From IMG/VR virus record IMGVR_UViG_2061766007_000697: a stretch of DNA of 64,000 nucleotides. The stretch is one strand, 5' to 3'. The stretch's first letter is position 1. Every line of letters begins with the position of its first letter. The DNA is from an uncultured virus (IMG/VR IMGVR_UViG_2061766007_000697). Its lineage: Duplodnaviria > Heunggongvirae > Uroviricota > Caudoviricetes. The translations under genes were made by a program, and so were the position numbers. Below the pieces are notes generated by a model that did not search any database, was not told the origin of the DNA, and saw nothing but the letters and a program-made list of their open reading frames with translations. Below are positions 33,793 through 44,989 of this stretch, one piece after another.

Positions 33793-34557
33793 ATGAGAGA
33801 TTCCAAAGGTAGATTCTGCAAAAAGGATACAGAGACCCATGATATGCTTGCTGCTATTGGAGACGTCATGTATTCTGGCCACGGTTTCGGGCATCTTGAT
33901 AGAATGGGTAAGCTTCCCATGCACTCAACTGTAGACGGCTACAAGGTGGAAGAGTTTCTGCCGAGTGGCGCACCTGTTTGCTTCCCATTCCCTAACAGAC
34001 CAGATGATTCTCTTATTCTTGTCACGCTTGATCAGGCCAAACAAGAAGCTATACAAGAGACAGTCCGTGATCAGCTTATTGTCAATAGCGACCTTAGAAA
34101 AGGTTTCCTGGAGTTGTCTACCTGGCATGAACACGACTTCTCATTGCCCGATAAATTTACAGAGCCCAGATTTCAAATTGGTGAAGAAGTTTATGTGGTT
34201 GAGCACTTGAATATGGTCTATATGCAGATCATAGCGTTCAAGGGCAAAGTAATCGGTCAGATGTATGAGGCTGATGAAAAGGCCGCAGATACCAGTGCGA
34301 CTGTGCGTCATGCCTGGAATTACAACATTTATTGGAAACAAGAAGCCAATGATGTTGATATTGAGTGGGGCGAGAAACCTGGATCACTCGTTGAGAGGTC
34401 GCAGTGGATCGCAGAGGACAGCATCTATCGTTGTAAGGAAGAGGCGATTGATGTGTTCCTTAAAGGTGCCCAGCAGATCAATCAGTTGTATGGGGATATT
34501 TACACCAAGCTTCAGCACATGAAACCATCTGACATCATCTTGAGGGAAAAGAAATGA
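33793..34557 (+). CDS. Hypothetical protein with an SH3/KOW-like domain
   Basis: MRDSKGRF N-terminus; PRFQIGEEVYVV...IYRCKEEA. Confidence 0.55.
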   Translation: MRDSKGRFCKKDTETHDMLAAIGDVMYSGHGFGHLDRMGKLPMHSTVDGYKVEEFLPSGAPVCFPFPNRPDDSLILVTLDQAKQEAIQETVRDQLIVNSDLRKGFLELSTWHEHDFSLPDKFTEPRFQIGEEVYVVEHLNMVYMQIIAFKGKVIGQMYEADEKAADTSATVRHAWNYNIYWKQEANDVDIEWGEKPGSLVERSQWIAEDSIYRCKEEAIDVFLKGAQQINQLYGDIYTKLQHMKPSDIILREKK

Positions 34558-36475
34558 AAGAAATCATATGGCCAATATTGGCACTTGTTGGTATCTTCAC
34601 TGTGGCTGTGGTTACCATGGGAGTAATCAGAAGCTGCGATCAACCTGACACTAATTTCGTATTCGACAAGGGAGACTACAGATATGTCAAACTTGAAGAA
34701 GAACAATTTAACCAACTCATCAAAGCGCTGGAAAACATAGCCAGTGCAAAGGAGGACAAGTGAGTAAAACAATTACAGTCGGAGACAGTGTATGGTTCTG
34801 GTATTATGATGATGGAACCTATAATGTCTGGTATGGGGATGTGAAGGCAGAAGGTCCTTATGGTTCTGTCATCATTTCGTATCTGTCGTATATCGATCTT
34901 GAGGCAAACGAAAAAGAACCGTATGAAGTCGAATTCACTGTTGCGCCCTTCCAGATCTTTGAGACCAGAGGGGAAGCTGTAAGCGATGCAGCAGCTCAAG
35001 TCAGAAAAGAGATCGATCAGGCTGTAGAGGATGATCTTAAGCAGAACAACGAGGCCAAGCTACAGTGGGAAGAGAGAACACGAAGGCGCTTTCCATATAA
35101 AGANNNNNNNNNNNNNNNNNNNNNNNNNNNNNNCGGCTGTGGAATTGAAGCACGGTACTGTCTCTAAAGAACCTCGATCAAAGCAGCCTAAATGGTTCTG
35201 CCTGAAGCTTGATGAAGGCCCAGAGGAAATGGTTCCTGTTGCTTTTTGTGCAGATACTCCTGAGGAAGCTGCCAGGCTTTATGCGGATAGCATCTATAGG
35301 CAACTCATNNNNNNNNNNATTGTATCCTTCCTGAAGGTATTGTCTTATCACACGCTGTGCTATGAAGCGCGCATTGTATTGATAAGGCCTATCTATCCTG
35401 GTGATACGAAGTTGTCGTTGAGGGAGCTTCCTGTCTTTGAGGCCAGATGGAAAGATGAAATCTTCTCTGCCTGGGCTATGCAGCCTACTCTGTTTAATAA
35501 GTTCGTTGTAAATAACGGCGACATCATTAATGCCGAGCAACTGTTTGACATCAAATTTCCTGATGCAAAGTTATTGTTCGACAATCTTGGCTCAGAGCAG
35601 ATCCTTCCTTATCCTGCAAGACAAGCAGCAGCGCTTGCAGGCGTCAAGTTACAAACAGCGAAGATCATTAAAGATGCTGGTCTCACTGTAGACTACAAAG
35701 TCCTTAGTGATGCATTAACTCAAATCATCCAACTCCCCACACCAAAGAAAGGAAACTAAACAATGACAGACTCCATCTATGAAGAACCCGGCGATGATTN
35801 NNNNNNNNNNNNNNNNNTTAGACGTGGGTGATCTCCCAGAAATGGGGGAATTCGTCATTGATAAGACAGCCAGAACCATGATGGCTCTGGATGAGCGGAT
35901 CGCCGTGCGTACTTATGCTTTCGCTACTAGAAAAGAGAAGTATGAGCTATACAGACGATTCAAAGGAATACGAGGCTCGTTAAATNNNNNNNNNNTAACC
36001 ATTACGGGCGACAGCAACTGCAGAGCGGTCGCCCTATTCTTTTATAAGGAGAGTCAAATGCCAAAACATGATTGTCGTGATGATCGCACAGGCCGTTTTC
36101 TCAAACTTTATTTTGATCCCATCACACCATCCAAATTTAATATTGGCGATAAAGTCTTTGTTGCCGACCAAAAGGATGGTAATTGTTGGGAGATGGAAGT
36201 AACTTGTGTTATGCGTCATCAGAACAATAACCTTATTCCTATTATCTCATACAATCTGGTTAATAAGCTCGGTAGTATGGTGCTGTTCAGAGAAGAGGAC
36301 ATCAATGAGACTAATGTATTTGCTACCGAGCTGGATGCCCTAAAGTATCTGATGAAGAACATTATTCCATGTGAAAGACAGCACCTGAACTATAAACTGC
36401 GCGAGCTCAAGAAAAAGGCTGTCAGCTATGCAGAAAGAATTAAAGAACTTGAAAAGGAAAAGAGACGATCAAAGT

Positions 36476-36865
36476 ATGAATCTTCCAAACATACAAGAGC
36501 TCTGTCCCGGTGAACTTGAGGATTTTGTGCTTGAGCTCGTCCGGAAGGAATATAACAGAATCCCTCCGGACGTCTTTTGTAGACGCAAAGAACTCTGCCA
36601 GGCAATTCTCTCCTGTAACAAGGAGAAAGGCAACAGAGCAACCATGAAGGAAGCATTGACCTCTAATCTTAAGACCTGGTGCGCCAGGCAGGATCAGATC
36701 AATGCTATCGAACGACTTGGGTTTACTGTAACAAAAGGCAGGACCCATTATAAAATTCGCGCCAACGGCTCCAACTATTTCGTAGCCTTGGCAGCAACTC
36801 CAGGAGATAGAAAAGGNNNNNNNNNNNNNNNNNNNNNNNNNGTCCGTTTTCTTCTAAGGAGCTAA
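36476..36865 (+). CDS. Protein with a C-terminal HicA-like domain
   Basis: LGFTVTKGRTHYKI...LAATPGDRK. Confidence 0.5.
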   Translation: MNLPNIQELCPGELEDFVLELVRKEYNRIPPDVFCRRKELCQAILSCNKEKGNRATMKEALTSNLKTWCARQDQINAIERLGFTVTKGRTHYKIRANGSNYFVALAATPGDRKXXXXXXXXXVRFLLRS

Positions 36866-37216
36866 ATGAAAACAGAGCCGCAAATCGGCGATTTTGTGTG
36901 GATTTATATCTACGACAAGATCTGGAAGTGCGAGGTCAAAGAACAAAAGCCCATGTGGTCAGATGCTGATCAGGATATGGGACTCTGCTATGAGATCAAA
37001 CCAATAGGCGAGACTTGTCCAGGCAGAGAAAATGGTTTCCTTATCCAGAGAAAATATTTCTTCAATACAGCCAGAGAAGCTATTAATGAAGAAATCAAAC
37101 ATAAGAATGCTCTCATTAGAGAGCACAAGAAAGCACTTGAGGAAGCCAGAGCTAATATCAAAGAGCTGAAACAAAAGCGTGCAGATCTTCAGCGCTTATT
37201 AGAGCATTATCACTGA
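36866..37216 (+). CDS. SH3/KOW-like + coiled-coil protein
   Basis: PQIGDFVWIY...FFNTAREAI followed by a coiled coil. Confidence 0.6.
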   Translation: MKTEPQIGDFVWIYIYDKIWKCEVKEQKPMWSDADQDMGLCYEIKPIGETCPGRENGFLIQRKYFFNTAREAINEEIKHKNALIREHKKALEEARANIKELKQKRADLQRLLEHYH

Positions 37217-37239
37217 CCTATATTATGCACTAAATAGGT

Positions 37240-37253
37240 GGCATAATATAATG
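37240..37253 (+). promoter_or_regulatory. Promoter-like motif preceding the ncRNA locus
   Basis: GGCATAATATAATG, identical to the copy at 23493. Confidence 0.7.
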
Positions 37254-37609
37254 GTGGGTTNNNNNNNNNNNNNNNNNNNNNNNNNNNNNNNNNNNNNNNC
37301 CTATCGGACGTCTTTCAATTTCTGACAACAAGTATTCATAACGTCAACTAATAAGTCTGTCAAAACGGGTTGAGTCGGTTTACTTGTTGTATCTTTTTCC
37401 TGCAGGCAGTTTAACTTCTATTCATCCGGTTTGGGTTAGGGTTATGCGAGCATAGCCTGCCTGCAGGATCTTATTAAACAACGCACTGGAAGCCGTCGTG
37501 GGCGTCGGTATCCTTTCCTTCCAGTGCGTTGTCCTTTTGTCCTGCGCGGAAGAGTGTGGTTATGGCTCTCTTTCGTGTGGATGGCTTTCGCGCAGGACTT
37601 TCTCAATCA

Positions 37610-37774
37610 TGCCCTATGGACCTAGGCGTACCAACGCTATTGGCGGGTCCCAATGCGAGGTAACTTGTGAGCGCTCGTGGTAATACCGGTCACTGCGCAC
37701 GAGATATATCAGGTCGAAGCATTGCATGCGTTTTAAGGCAGCGTCATGAACTGCCCAGCATGGTTAGGGCGCCA
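37610..37774 (+). ncRNA. tRNA-like three-armed RNA ending in CCA
   Basis: (T)GCCCTA/TAGGGC(G)-CCA acceptor-like stem enclosing arms GGACCT/GGGTCC, CAATGC/GCATTG and CATGC/GCATG. Confidence 0.55.
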
Positions 37775-37857
37775 TTTTGACAGCTGGTGCTAAATAATGA
37801 TTAGTTGGAAACGAGGCATCTAATCGCATTTCTTCCGGGCATCAGCTGTCTTTCATC

Positions 37858-38041
37858 TTGCCCGTAGCTTAATCGTATCTCCTCAATATCAGAGGAGGTC
37901 AGTTAAATCTCATATCAAGTCTTCTAGAAGCTGTCTTGGGGTGCCTGTCGCGAAGGAGCCCAAGCATAAGATATATGGGATAATCAGAGCGCCCCGAACA
38001 GATCGGGGAATGATGCAGGTGCAAACCCTGTCGGGCAACCA
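37858..38041 (+). tRNA. Atypical tRNA-like gene (CAG at the anticodon position) with a ~116-nt D-loop
   Basis: Acceptor TTGCCCG/CGGGCAA+CCA; TA; D-stem GCTT/GAGC; anticodon stem CCCCG/CGGGG with loop AACAGAT; T-stem GCAGG/CCTGT with loop TGCAAAC. Confidence 0.65.
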
Positions 38042-38375
38042 TTAAAATCCATGCCATTGACAGCTGCAAACTGTCATGGTCTGTCTTGAGAGGCTATCAG
38101 ATCAGGGTGTGTTGCAGCATACTCCTGTGAGGTGTCGTCCGCGCAAACGGCATATATAGGCTCTCGCTGGGGTGAGTGGCATCCCACTACTTCGGCAATA
38201 AGAATGGTCATTGATATTGGATAGCCCAGGTGCGGCTTTAATGGGAGACAGGAACCCACCGGTATTAGTGAGATGGCGTAGCAAAAAGACGGATAAGCTA
38301 CGACTGAGGCCAAGGCGCTGCTCAGATGAGAGTAGCCCTTGGCTTCTTTTTAGTCTTAATATAAAGACTATAGCG

Positions 38376-38389
38376 GGCATAATAGAATG
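38376..38389 (+). promoter_or_regulatory. Promoter-like motif
   Basis: GGCATAATAGAATG after a terminator-like hairpin and upstream of an SD-led ORF at 38422. Confidence 0.7.
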
Positions 38390-41065
38390 ACGTCTTAACA
38401 AACAAAAGAAAGGAGTGTCTTATGCTGGTATACAAAGTTATGCCTAATGTATGGGGTGTCCGTTTTCACCTCATCGACGATATGGACCTTGACTTAGAGG
38501 TCATTAGGAATCATGACTCTGTTTGTGTCAGTATCTGGATCGCAGATATNNNNNNNNNNNNNNNNNNNNNNNNNNNNNNNNNNNNNNNNNNNNNATTCAG
38601 CTTTTGTCCGGCGGCATTAGCTGGCGCTCTGGTGTTGTGCAGCATGGGCATTTAAAAGTCTCAGGGCATGAGGCCCTGCCAACTAAGTTAAAATTACTCG
38701 ATATCAACAAGGAGATAGATCTTGTATATGAATATTGAGGAGATGGGCCCCTGATGGGGCCCTCTATTCNNNNNNNNNNNNNNNNNNNNNNNNNNNNNNN
38801 NNNAGCAGCTATGTCCACACCAAACATGTCGATTATCATACTCTTCAGCGACCAGGATGCTAAAGATGTATTCAACCCATCTCCATTCTGCCAGATACTT
38901 ATGCGCTCTAAGTGCATACACTTTGTAGAGCCGAAGGATCCTGGCATGGAGCTTTCTTTCAGATTCAATGTGTGGTTTGATTCAGCTGCTATTCTTCATG
39001 AAGNNNNNNNNNNNNNNNNNNNNNNNNATACAGCATAACAGATCTATCGACGTCTTCCTTGCTGCCTATCAGATGACAATACCAGGTGCACTCGCTTCCT
39101 ATAGATGGTCCAAGGATGACCCTTATAAGATGGTACACAAATTTCTGGTAAATCCTGAAGCCTATTACAGGACCATTCCCATAGAGTCACTCGCGCACCA
39201 TGCCTGTCAGGNNNNNNNNNNNNNNNNNNNNATGTTAACCCTACTTTAGATCCAAACGAAATCATCATAGCACCATAAGGAACCACCCATGAAACAGATC
39301 CATATGACCTTTCCAAATTACCCTATGCTAGGATATTTCCTCAACATGTTCAACAATTCACAATATACGCCGCAGTATACGCTTACCATGAACGGCCCAG
39401 CTACCGAAGCGGTTACAGTTGTCATTCAGTNNNNNNNNNNNNNNNNNNNNNNNNNNNNNNNNNNNNNNNNNNNNNNNNNNNNNNNNNNCAGCTCCCTGTC
39501 CTTTACGGTCATGGAAGATATGCCCCTTGTCATGGAATCACAGTTCGTGGTAGTTGATCATGGTTCAATCTGCTGAGGCTATTGCGGCATTCTTGCTGTT
39601 TCTTTTATTCCTGGTTATACTGGCTATTGTAATAGGACTCAACTATATTATGCAAAACCACAAGTCACAGCAACGCTATTATGAGGAACCGGCTACAGTG
39701 TATGTGACTTGACGGTTTGTCTAATAAAGCATAATAACAACATGGGAGAAAGATCATGCCTGATTCACATATAGATCTTAAAGGCAACACCAATTACGTT
39801 CTGCTCAAAGACGTTTCTGACACAGTCGTCGTATCTGCCGGTGCTGCATCCGATCAAGTGACTATTGGCGGNNNNNNNNNNNNNNNNNNNNNNNNNNNNN
39901 NNNGTAATTGGCGGTTACACTGTTACAAATATCGATACGACTTCTGGTTATAAGATCCGCGCAGAGCAGATCTTTTATATGGTACCCAGAACTTCATTGG
40001 CTGCATTGGATCTTATCGTCGGTCCNNNNNNNNNNNNNNNNNNNNNNNNNNNNNNNNNNNNNNNNNNNNNNNNNNNNNNNNNNNNNNNNNNNNNNNNNNN
40101 NNNNNNNNNNNNNNNNNNNNNNNNNNNNNNNNNNNNNNNNNNNNNNNNNNNNNNNNNNNNNNNNNNNNNNNNNNNNNNNNNNNNNACTTTTGGATGTCAT
40201 TCATGTTCTTACACACCATCACCCGACGTACCCTATCTTGAATCGCCCTGTGCCACTTGCAAGCTCGCAGTAGAGTACACCAACACAAAACGAGCTGCCA
40301 TGTTCGATTCTGCAGGTGGTTCTGATTTCGACTCCGAGGAAGAAGAGGATTCTGCACTCGCTCGTGTTGANNNNNNNNNNNNNNNNNNNNNNNNNNNNNN
40401 NNNNNNNNNNNNNNNNNNNNNNNNNNNNNNNNNNNNNNNNNNNNNNNNNNNNNNNNNNNNNNNNNNNNNNNGGCGTTGTCATCAAACTCCTCAAGCTTGG
40501 GCAAGTCTCTCCTATTATGCTGGAACTCGTCACCAAGAAACTTCAGTACCCGCATATGTCCTATTCAGAGCTCGGCGCTTCTATGTCTACACCCTTCTCG
40601 AAACAGANNNNNNNNNNNNNNNNNNNNNNNNNNNNNNNNNNNNNNNNNNNNNNNNNNNNNNNNNNNNNNNNNNNNNNNNNNNNNNNNNNNNNNNNNNNNN
40701 NNNNNNNNNNNNNNNNNNAGCGTATTCAAGGCATTCTTTATGGCGAGAACGACCCTTCTTTCACTGCACACAGGCTTAAAGAACTTAATGCTATTCTTCA
40801 GGCTCCGTTCCTAATATCCAAAGAAGCTCTCGATTTCAACCCCTATATCAAGGATGAGATGGAATGAACAACTCCGATAATCTGATAGCTATCTCTATGA
40901 AAGAGGCAGGCTGGGAACTCGTCGAACACTATACAGGTTCTGATAAACAGCTTGTAAGTTATATGAATGATCTCAATACCAATGATGGCTATGATTATTG
41001 CGCCGCGCTTGAACCCGGACTCTTCGGCGGACAAATCTGGACCATCTACAGAAGGGAGACAACCA

Positions 41066-42144
41066 ATGAACATAGATTCTGAATGCTATAAGATCAAGGA
41101 TTCCCGTATCGATTCTGTTCTCGGTGGCAGACTCTCGCTGCAATCCTTCGCCATGACTCTCAGGGCTGACGATCCTTTCGTCATGATCAATGATACTATC
41201 TATGCTCTTTCGGAGGATGAATTCTATTCTACCAGATCCATAAGACGTCTTACCGATAAATACGAGCAGACATTCAAACACATCCTCTCTCTGGAGGATC
41301 TCTCCTTTATGGATGCTGATGACATAGACTTCATTAATAAAGTTCGCAAAGAGCTTCCTACCTGTCCTGTCTGCAAATATAAACGCTATAGACAAGCAGT
41401 CTTCCGTCTGGCTGGTAAATATAAACTACAGACAGAGTATCATTTCGACGGGCTCATTTCTGATGTCCGCTATCCTGCTGTCAAAGCCAAGGTGGAATCC
41501 AAAGTCACAGTTCTTCTGGATAAACTCTACGACCTTCCGCAGCAAAACAGAAAGCCATGCATCGACTGCGTTGAGAAGCANNNNNNNNNNNNNNNNNNNN
41601 NGGCTATCCGGAACACAGGGTGCTTATGTGCGGACATCTCGCTGAAGCCATCGATGAGGCGCCTAATGATATTCCAGAACTTAAGCATACCTTACAGCAC
41701 TGCCTCTCTATTACCATGCAGACAGCTAAAGCCTTCCTGCCTATCTATCCTGTCCTTGCTTTTATACAACTCGTCAGGCAGCATCTTAATCAGCAACCCA
41801 CTGACGCTGATTATAGACAAGAGGCTCCTCCTGTCACTGATACAATAGACCTCACTGATGATATCCGCGAAGAGCTTGATAATGTTGATCCAGGGCTGCG
41901 TCTTAAGATCTATGGAGCAGCAGTGGATATTCGCAACGTTATACTGGAGTATAAAATAAACAAAAAAGAAGAAGCTCGTATTCGCTTTGAAGGCCTTGTG
42001 GCTAATCTTGCCGACCTTGTATTAGCACAAGCACCTCTTTTCGCCAATATGCTGCGCAACCGCAGACTCTTGTTTACCGCAGATCCCGCTACGGCTAAAG
42101 ATGCGGGCTACGATTTCGACGACATCGTTCAACATACCAGATAA
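41066..42144 (+). CDS. Hypothetical protein with CxxC motifs (gapped)
   Basis: ORF halves flank one N-gap; CPVC, CIDC. Confidence 0.55.
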
Positions 42145-42329
42145 GGATTTTCTTATGGAAACCAGAAAGCCTAACCTTACTATNNNNNNNNNNNNNNNNN
42201 NNNNAGACGACAATAATACTAAGAAGTCTGACGCACAGCCAATCAATGACGCCAATAACCGTCGTCACCCCCTGGGTCCAGATCTGCTCTGGGAGGAAAT
42301 TAAATAAAACCTTATAAGGGAATTTGATT

Positions 42330-43729
42330 ATGGCTGAAAAGAAAGTCAAACTACTTAATCAGGCCGGGGATGAGCTGTATCCACGGACTACAATGGACAA
42401 CATCCTGACGGCTGTTGGTTCTACGGTGTATGCCAATCTTGTCAGGCTTAACGGCATGGGCAAGATCGATGCAGAATACCTTCCCAGCTACGTCGACGAT
42501 GTTGTCNNNNNNNNNNNNNNNNNNNNNNNNNNNNNNNNNNNNNNNNNNNNNNNNNNNNNNNNNNNNNNNNNNNNNNNNNNNNNNNNNNNACGAATCCTGA
42601 GAAGGGTGTCATCTATCTTAACCTTGCCAATGCCTCCCGCACCAAGATTTATCGCTGGTCTGGCTCCGCTATGGTCGAGATCTATGAACAGTATGCTACT
42701 GTTACCCAGGTCACCAGTGCATCCACTAACACGGAAGTCCCGACTGCGCTTGCTACTTACAATATTGCCAGCGCGATGGCGAAGGCTGCAGCTGTTCCTG
42801 CTGCCGGTANNNNNNNNNNNNNNNNNNNNNNNNNNNNNNNNNNNNNNNNNNNNNNNNNNNNNNNNNNNNNNNNNNNNNNNNNNNNNNNNNNNNNNNNNNN
42901 NNNNNNNNNNNNNNNNNNNNNNNNNNNNNNNNTCACGCCTAAGGGTGTTTCCAATATCCTCTCCAGCTTCCAGCCTAAACTTACGTCTGCGACCAACGTT
43001 ACTGTCAATGGCAATTCCATCAGTGTCGCCGCTGCTTCTGAGTCTGCTAAGGGTGTTGTGGAACTTGCCACCACCGCAGAAGCTACGACTGGTACTGATA
43101 CCTCTCGCGCTGTTACGCCTGCCGGTGTTGCCGCTGTCGTTGCCAGTTATCAGCCTAAGCTCACGTCTACCACCAATATCACTGTCAATGGCAACTCCAT
43201 CAGTGTTGCGAATGCCTCTACGTCTGCCAAAGGTGTTGTCGCCATTGATACGACTGCCAACAACGGCGTCGCTCTTAGCGTGACCGGTGGCACTGTGAAG
43301 GCTACGATGACTGCCGGTACTACGGCTGNNNNNNNNNNNNNNNNNACGGCTGAAGCTTCCGCTGGTACTATTGAGACGAAGGCTGTCACTCCTCTGGGAA
43401 TGGCTACTGCTCTCGGTAGTTATCAGGCCAAGCTTACCAACACTACCAATATCACAGTCAGTGGCAATTCCATCAGTGTCGCCGATGCCACCAGCACTAC
43501 TAAGGGTGTTGCTGCGTTCTCTACCGGCACTGCCAATGGTCTGACTGTTGGTGTCAACTCTGCTACGGTCTCTGTCAGCGTCTCCACTGCCAGCACTTCC
43601 GGTGTTGGTACTGTCCAGCTTGCTACTGCAGCCGAGACGTCTTCTGGTACGAACTCCACCAAGGCTGTCACGCCTGCTGGTCTCTCCAGTGCTATGGCTA
43701 TGAACGTCTGGTACGCGGAACTTACCTGA
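42330..43729 (+). CDS. Tail-fibre-like protein with tail-fibre repeats (gapped)
   Basis: GKIDAEYLPSYVDDV; repeated KGVVELATTAEA..GT...AVTP and YQPKLT..TNITVNGNSISVA; Thr/Ala/Ser-rich. Confidence 0.8.
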
Positions 43730-43807
43730 TCAGTCTAGCGGTAATCATAATGGCTGGCTGTACTCTAATGCAGTCAGCCATTTTCTAAATTAACAGAGGG
43801 CATAAGC

Positions 43808-44419
43808 ATGAAATATTATACATATAACGGAAACACTACAAAGCATCTTCCCGATCCGCTGCATCTTGCTGAAGGCGGCTATGNNNNNNNNNNNNNNNNN
43901 NNNNNNNNNNNNNNNNNNNNNNNNNNNNNNNNNNNNNNNNNNNNNNNNNNNNNNNNNNNNNNCATTGGACAGTTTATCCACGACCCGGACTTTAAGGGCG
44001 GAATCAACGAGATCGAAAAACTTTATACAAGTCCCTATGCACTGGAAAACCAGCAGATGGCTATGATGCTTGCCATGCGTTGGCAGGGTGCTGACAGACA
44101 GTGCAACCATTTTGCTTCTAAAGAGGATGTAGGGCTGGATTCTCCCAAGTGGTGGTATGTATGCTGGGATCTTCCTATTCCTGATGAAGTAAGCGTGCCC
44201 GAGGATGCGCATGAAGTGGAAGTCGGGCCAGATCCTGTGACAGAAAACGCCAATAACGAGAGCAACGAAGAAAGCGGCGAAAACAGCGATAACTCACAGG
44301 AAACTAACGTAGCTAGCGATGAAAATTCGGCGGAGCCGAGCGAAAATGAACAGGAAATTGAACCTGAAAATCAGGTAGAAAATCAGCTCGACGACGAAAA
44401 TTATACCAGCGAAGAATAA
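43808..44419 (+). CDS. Fibre-associated protein with an acidic low-complexity tail
   Basis: Follows the fibre gene; E/N-rich C-terminus; N-terminus paralogous to the ORF at 47373. Confidence 0.55.
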   Translation: MKYYTYNGNTTKHLPDPLHLAEGGYXXXXXXXXXXXXXXXXXXXXXXXXXXXIGQFIHDPDFKGGINEIEKLYTSPYALENQQMAMMLAMRWQGADRQCNHFASKEDVGLDSPKWWYVCWDLPIPDEVSVPEDAHEVEVGPDPVTENANNESNEESGENSDNSQETNVASDENSAEPSENEQEIEPENQVENQLDDENYTSEE

Positions 44420-44431
44420 TGGTGGTTTACC

Positions 44432-44977
44432 ATGGCTGATAAGAAAGTCCAACTGCTTAATAAAGGTGGTAGTAGTCTTGCACCTGCGACGAAGCTGGCT
44501 TATGTTGGGCTGTCCTCTGGCGGCGGAATCAAGATCACTGGCAATACCATAACGACATCGGCTATTCCTCAGGCCAATATCTCAGGTTTATCCACATCGC
44601 TTAATGCTTTACAGGACAAATTAAAGAGTGGCTGGGGTATGACGGTCAATGGTGCTACTGTCAGTGTTAATCGCTATTACAGCATCCAGCCAGATGTCAC
44701 AGCGGGTTCTGTTACTCTGTCTGCAGGTTGCGCCTATCACATCTATGCAAATGGGGCCGCTGTTACACTTGTTGATGAGACCTATGAGAATTCGCATCCA
44801 GATCAATGGGGCTTGGAAGGCCATGCTATGATCTACCTGACGAACCTTGCCTACATCAAGACAGACGGCAATGTTGTCATCGGCACGCCACTTACACCTA
44901 ATATGTATAATAACTGCACCTTACGCTTTCACGACGGGCATTGCATCATAGACGTGGAAGACACCACAGCACCCTAA
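44432..44977 (+). CDS. Short fibre/adaptor protein, paralogue of the next gene's N-terminus
   Basis: Shares TSAIPQAN, GLEGHA.I.LTN and NNCTLRFHDGHCIIDVED with the gene at 44990. Confidence 0.7.
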   Translation: MADKKVQLLNKGGSSLAPATKLAYVGLSSGGGIKITGNTITTSAIPQANISGLSTSLNALQDKLKSGWGMTVNGATVSVNRYYSIQPDVTAGSVTLSAGCAYHIYANGAAVTLVDETYENSHPDQWGLEGHAMIYLTNLAYIKTDGNVVIGTPLTPNMYNNCTLRFHDGHCIIDVEDTTAP

Positions 44978-44989
44978 TAGGAGAAACCC

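Larger units (their letters stand above)
37253..38350 (+). ncRNA. Large structured non-coding RNA or polycistronic ncRNA array
   Basis: No credible ORF in an otherwise gene-dense genome. Tandem 10-15 bp closing stems at 37325-37390, 37398-37468, 37478-37532, 37539-37598 and 37779-37850, two CCA-ended tRNA-like units, and a multibranch domain at 38081-38251. Confidence 0.75.

Noticed and set aside
37325..37850. CRISPR array or REP repeats
   Set aside because: The units share no repeated sequence; only the hairpin architecture recurs.
37498..38401. Short ORFs in the ncRNA locus (37498+, 38074-, 38102-)
   Set aside because: They lack SD sequences, have atypical composition and overlap strong RNA stems.
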